From contig JAPPCX010000067.1 of the NCBI GenBank assembly GCA_028875655.1, positions 10,019 through 74,018 on the forward strand: DNA of 64,000 bases. The letters are read 5' to 3'. This document shows positions 61,543-64,000 of the stretch, one piece after another. The notes under the pieces are model-generated. The model did no database searches and was not told where the DNA came from. It was given only the letters and a program-made list of their open reading frames with translations. Made by a program: the position numbers and the translations under genes. The DNA is from Chloroflexota bacterium (lineage in GTDB: Bacteria > Chloroflexota > Dehalococcoidia > Lucifugimonadales > UBA3495). Positions within the stretch are counted from its first letter, which is position 1. Each line of letters starts with the position of its first letter.

Positions 61543-63195
61543 ATGACCGCCGACCAGTCTAGCGCCGATCCCAACCGCCTGTATTTTGGGGATAACCTGG
61601 ACATTCTGCGAGAGCACGTGGCCGAGGAGTCGGTTGACCTGATCTATCTTGATCCGCCGTTCAACTCCAACGCCACCTACAACGTGCTGTTCCGCGAACG
61701 CTCGGGCGAGGAGTCGGCGGCGCAGATCACGGCGTTCGAGGACACCTGGCACTGGGGCTGGGAGTCGGAGACGGCGTTCCAGGACGTGGTGACGCGCGGG
61801 CCGGAGAAGGTCGGAAGTTTGCTATCCGCGCTGCGGCAGTTCCTGGGCCAGAACGACATGATGGCCTACCTGACGATGATGGCGCAGCGGATGATCGAGC
61901 TGCACCGGGTGCTCAAACCCACGGGCAGCATCTACCTGCACTGCGACCCGACGGCGAGCCACTATTTGAAGCTGCTGCTGGATGCCGTTTTTGGGAACGC
62001 AAACTACCGGAATGAAATAGTATGGAAGCGGACAAGTGCCCATAGCGATGTTGAGCAAGGCGCGCGCCACATGGGCAGGATCCATGATGTTATCCTCATG
62101 TATTCCAAGGGGCCGCAGCCACAATGGAACACTGTATATGTTCCTTACGATCAACAATACATAGAGTCGGTGTACCGATACGTGGAAGCGGACGGTAGGC
62201 GGTACCAAACTCAACCGTTGCACGCTGCAAAGGCCGGCGGCGATACCCGCTATGAATGGAATGGCAAGCTCCCTCCACCTGGACGCTACTGGGCGTTCTC
62301 CAAAGAGAATATGGAACGATTAGACCGTGAAGGCCGTATCGCTTACAGCCGAACCGGAACCCCGCGCTACAAGATTTATCTGGACGAGAAAGAAGGGAAG
62401 CCACTTCAAGATTGGTGGGACGATCTTCCTCCAGTCCATGTGCAACCCAAAGAACGCCTCGGCTACCCGACGCAGAAGCCGGAGGCCCTGCTGGAACGCA
62501 TCATCAACGCCAGCAGCAACGAGGGCGACGTGGTGCTGGACCCCTTTTGCGGGTGTGGGACGGCGACGGTGGCGGCGGAACGGCTCAATCGCTGCTGGAT
62601 CGGTATCGACATCACGCACCTGGCCATCACGCTGGTGCGGCACCGGCTGCGGGACAGCTTCGGCGATGAACTGCGGCCCTACGAGATCGTAGGCCAGCCC
62701 ACGGACACTGCCAGCGCGGGGGCACTGGCCGAGCAGGACCGCTACCAGTTCGAGTGGTGGGCGCTGGGCCTGGTGGACGCCCGGCCGGCCAACGACCGGC
62801 GGCGCGGCGCGGATGCCGGCGTGGACGGCTACATCAACTTCTTTGACGACAACAGCGGCCGGCCCAAGCGCATCATCGTGCAGGTGAAGAGCGGCCACGT
62901 GAACCGGGGGATGATCGCCACGCTGAAGGGCGACATGGAACGGGAGAAGGCGGAGATCGGCGTGTTCATCACGCTGCAACCGCCCACGGAACCGATGCGG
63001 CAGGAGGCGCTGTCGGCCGGCATCTACACGCCGGAACACTTTCCCGACCAGCAGCATCCGCGCGTGCAGATTCTGACCATTGACGAGTTGCTCGGCGGCG
63101 CGAGCGTGGCGTATCCGCGGGGCGGTGCGCCGGCGACGTTCCGACAGGCGCCGCGTAGGCGGAGGGGGCAGGGGCGGCAGTCGAATTTGGTGTAG
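61543..63195 (+). CDS. Beta-class N4/N6 DNA methyltransferase fused to a C-terminal Mrr-like PD-(D/E)xK restriction endonuclease domain
   Basis: LYFGDNLDILREHVAEESVDLIYLDPPFNSNATYN (motif IV DPPF), ...YPTQKPEALLERII...VVLDPFCGCGTATVAAERL (motif I). Then ...FEWWALGLVDARP...GADAGVDGYINFF...RIIVQVKSG (D...VQVK nuclease core). Confidence 0.85.
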   Translation: MTADQSSADPNRLYFGDNLDILREHVAEESVDLIYLDPPFNSNATYNVLFRERSGEESAAQITAFEDTWHWGWESETAFQDVVTRGPEKVGSLLSALRQFLGQNDMMAYLTMMAQRMIELHRVLKPTGSIYLHCDPTASHYLKLLLDAVFGNANYRNEIVWKRTSAHSDVEQGARHMGRIHDVILMYSKGPQPQWNTVYVPYDQQYIESVYRYVEADGRRYQTQPLHAAKAGGDTRYEWNGKLPPPGRYWAFSKENMERLDREGRIAYSRTGTPRYKIYLDEKEGKPLQDWWDDLPPVHVQPKERLGYPTQKPEALLERIINASSNEGDVVLDPFCGCGTATVAAERLNRCWIGIDITHLAITLVRHRLRDSFGDELRPYEIVGQPTDTASAGALAEQDRYQFEWWALGLVDARPANDRRRGADAGVDGYINFFDDNSGRPKRIIVQVKSGHVNRGMIATLKGDMEREKAEIGVFITLQPPTEPMRQEALSAGIYTPEHFPDQQHPRVQILTIDELLGGASVAYPRGGAPATFRQAPRRRRGQGRQSNLV

Positions 63196-63249
63196 GGTGT
63201 TTGGCGATTGAGGTGTAATGTTCGGGGTAGCATCCTGCCTCACCCTCCT

Positions 63250-63274
63250 GGATTCCCGCTTTCGCGGGAATGAC
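63250..63274. repeat. REP family 1 copy
   Basis: ggattcccgctttcgcgggaatgac. Confidence 0.85.
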
Positions 63275-63336
63275 GGTAGTAGGCGGGAATGATGGATTAA
63301 CTCACGAATGTCGGACTAACTTTGAAAGGGCCCTGG

Positions 63337-63792
63337 TTAGCAGGCCGCCAGGCCTTGCTCGTCGTTGAAGATGCCGTTGGCCCGCTGCAACTCGCGGACG
63401 TAGCAGATTATCCGCTCAATGTCATCTTCTGCTACTTGTGGCGCCGGTGGCATATTGCCGAACTGCCAATGGTGGGCCTGCACGCCGTTCTGCACCGCGT
63501 TGCGGAACGAAAAGTCCTGGTGATGGTTCGGCTCGTAGATCTTGTGCACCAGCGGCGGACCCAGATTGGTGCCGGCGGCATTGGCCCCGTGGCACAGTGC
63601 GCAGTTGGCGTTGAACGCGATTTCTCCGGCCTGCGCTTTTTCAGACAGCGCGGGTACGGTCACGACAAGCGGGGCCGCGTCATCGCTGGAGGTGGCACCG
63701 TACTGTGGAGCATCCTCACTGGCGCACGCGGCTATCGTGAGGACCGCCAGGACAACGGCCAGCCATAGGGCTATATTTTTCGGCATCATCAA
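63337..63792 (-). CDS. Class I c-type cytochrome (lipoprotein signal)
   Basis: Signal/lipobox LAVLTIAAC, haem site NCALCHG, distal ...FGNMPP. Confidence 0.85.
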   Translation of the reverse strand: MMMPKNIALWLAVVLAVLTIAACASEDAPQYGATSSDDAAPLVVTVPALSEKAQAGEIAFNANCALCHGANAAGTNLGPPLVHKIYEPNHHQDFSFRNAVQNGVQAHHWQFGNMPPAPQVAEDDIERIICYVRELQRANGIFNDEQGLAAC

Positions 63793-63793
63793 G

Positions 63794-64000
63794 TCAGTCC
63801 TGGCGTTCTCGCATCAGAATGTACACGGCGAAGGCGCGGCGTTCTTGGGCAGGTACGGCACGGAAGTCTGAGATTATACTTTCGACTTGGGTAACGGCAG
63901 CCAAGGCCTCCTGTGGTGTAAAGCTCTCATCCGGGTCATAGTCGGCCTGGTGGCGGCGACTTTGAAAGAATACGAAGCGATCGGCTAATTCGCAAACCTA
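63794..64000 (-). CDS. Hypothetical protein, partial (N-terminus outside the window)
   Basis: Open minus-strand frame to the window edge: ...ELADRFVFFQSRRHQADYDPDESFTPQEALAAVTQVESIISDFRAVPAQERRAFAVYILMRERQD-stop. The stop lies 1 nt from the cytochrome c start. Not in the ORF track because it is edge-truncated. Confidence 0.35.

Overview
This is a 64 kb high-GC bacterial chromosomal segment. All calls rest on motif and family recognition by eye, because no similarity search was possible. Gene content (Uma2 and GxxExxY nucleases, an LLM/F420-type oxidoreductase, the SCO1664/DUF3090 pair, dense REP-like intergenic repeats) weakly suggests a Chloroflexota- or Actinomycetota-like organism.

The backbone is ordinary housekeeping. 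It includes ispD, ispF and cysS, modABC, comM/yifB, two paralogous MFS transporters, a Kef-type antiporter, a TPP enzyme, several FAD and NAD oxidoreductases, and OsmC, NUDIX, GNAT and MoaD-like genes.

Several visibly AT-richer accessory insertions interrupt this backbone:
- A pseudogene patch (1.4-3.9 kb) followed by a degraded HK97-type prophage head/tail module (4.0-10.1 kb), then a class II Fic gene.
- A type I R-M module at 38.6-43.4 kb (hsdR plus a fused hsdM/half-hsdS). About 109 bp MITE-like elements flank it, and it carries an orphan hsdS tail.
- A two-gene cassette at 48.55-50.58 kb that encodes a YejK/NdpA-like (NA37) protein translationally coupled to a RelA/SpoT-synthetase-domain protein. 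It appears to sit in a hicBA hotspot and to have truncated a hicA. I consider it the best candidate for an undescribed toxin-antitoxin or defence system.
- A single-gene ABC-ATPase/DUF4435(Toprim)-like fusion at 56.5-58.2 kb (fused PARIS-like or class 1 OLD-like).
- A beta-class DNA methyltransferase fused to an Mrr-like nuclease at 61.5-63.2 kb.

Separately, a cytoplasmic BtuF/TroA-like gene (18666..19589, minus strand) has an in-frame TGA exactly where homologues, as I recall them, carry the second Cys of a C-x-V-C motif. A SECIS-like two-part hairpin follows the TGA immediately, so this is a candidate CxxU selenoprotein.

At least five REP/MITE families populate the intergenic regions. The many long antisense and alternate-frame ORFs in the track are high-GC artefacts and were rejected.
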